From: Paraspadella gotoi | Taxonomy: Eukaryota; Animalia; Chaetognatha | DNA length: 64,000 nt | Direction: 5' to 3' | Assembly (NCBI GenBank): GCA_051294375.1 | Contig: CM119267.1 | Coordinates: forward strand, 23,313,486-23,377,485 | Part shown: in pieces, positions 63,071 through 64,000 of the stretch | How positions within the stretch are numbered: the stretch's first letter is position 1 | Layout of the letters: the number at the start of each line of letters is the position of its first letter | Translations under genes and position numbers: made by a program | Notes under the pieces: generated by a model | Seen by the model: only the letters and a program-made list of their open reading frames with translations | The model's database searches: none | What the model was told of the DNA's origin: nothing

Positions 63071-64000
63071 ATAGATCCCGGTAACTACTGGTCATGAGGT
63101 GGTTAGTTTAACACAATTAGACATGAGCCACAAAATGGTAGAAAGATATTTCATAAGTGAGTGATTTTGAAAAAAGATCCGGTTCTTAATAAGGCCGAGG
63201 ACGAACGAAGTCGATCGAGAAGAAAAAATTAACTATCAAGGTCACAAATACTTGATAAACCACATAGGCTACCTCCACTGTCTTTCATGAATAAGTATGA
63301 AAGGGCGGGCCTCACCCCAATTTAATGCAGAGGACACGGGACCCCCCCATGATAATCCCTTTAAGAAAGGTGAGGGGCGAGCCTCCAATAAAAGATTAAC
63401 GGGCGAGTCCAACGCCTCGCCTCGGACTTCTACCAATTACTAATAGAGGAGTAAGGGTACGTCGTCCCACCTCTCTACCAATAAAGCCTATAAGGAGATA
63501 CAAGCCCACCCCATAACCTTCCACACCCTTTCTCCCCCCCCACCCCACGCCACCATCCCGCGCCAAGGACGAGGGCTTTATCTCCTTATACTTTATTGGT
63601 AGAGAGGTGGGACACGTACCCTTACTCCTCTATTAGTAATTGGTAGAAGTCCGAGCGAGGCGTGGGACTCGCCCGTTAATCTTTTATTGGAGGCTCGCCC
63701 CTCACCTTTCTTAAAGGGATTATCATGGGGGGGCGTCCCGTGTCCTCTGCTTAAAATTGGGGTGAGGCCCGCCCTTCATACTTTTCATGAAAGACAGTGG
63801 AGTTAGCCTATGTGGTTTATCAGTATTTGTACCTTGATAGTTAATTTCTTTCTTCTCGATCGACTTCGTTCGTCCTCGGCCTTATTAAGAACCGGACCTT
63901 TTTTTCAAATCACTCACTTATGAATATCTTTCTACCATTTGTGGCTCATGTCTAATTGTGTAAACTAACCACCTCATGACCAGTAGTTACCGGGATCTAT
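63071..64000. repeat. Large inverted repeat (arms about 430 bp, spacer about 65 bp), running to the window edge
   Basis: atagatcccggtaactactggtcatgagg... at 63071 is the reverse complement of the last bases of the window. The arms meet around 63508-63572. Confidence 0.95.

Overview
Eukaryotic (metazoan, invertebrate-type) genomic DNA with spliceosomal introns, GC/CpG-rich exons and AT-rich introns. Positions 1-47.6 kb hold about 20 tightly packed genes, all on the + strand: an aldo-keto reductase 3' exon, UTP20, MRPL52, UXT, UFSP2, EEF1E1/AIMP3, C15orf61, an RDH11-14-type SDR, a C2H2+ePHD TCF20/RAI1-like gene, TUBGCP5, VTI1B, a PRMT6/Art8-like gene, an orphan repeat protein, LAMTOR4, an orphan, KIAA1143, a stand-alone BAH ORF, another orphan and two RS/RGG-rich paralogues. 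Most stop-to-start spacers are 30-680 nt, which suggests eukaryotic operons or polycistronic transcription. The two RS/RGG genes share a short motif I cannot assign to any family (L[ED]VY[ED]DP-x5-8-[VI]FRV, three copies). TUBGCP5 intron 2 holds a Penelope-like element with a hAT-type element nested in it. Positions 48-64 kb have no recognisable coding genes and contain (CT/GA)n microsatellites, Helentron-type non-autonomous elements, tRNA-derived SINEs, minisatellites and a terminal ~930-bp palindrome. Gene calls rest on my recognition of conserved motifs, not on database searches.
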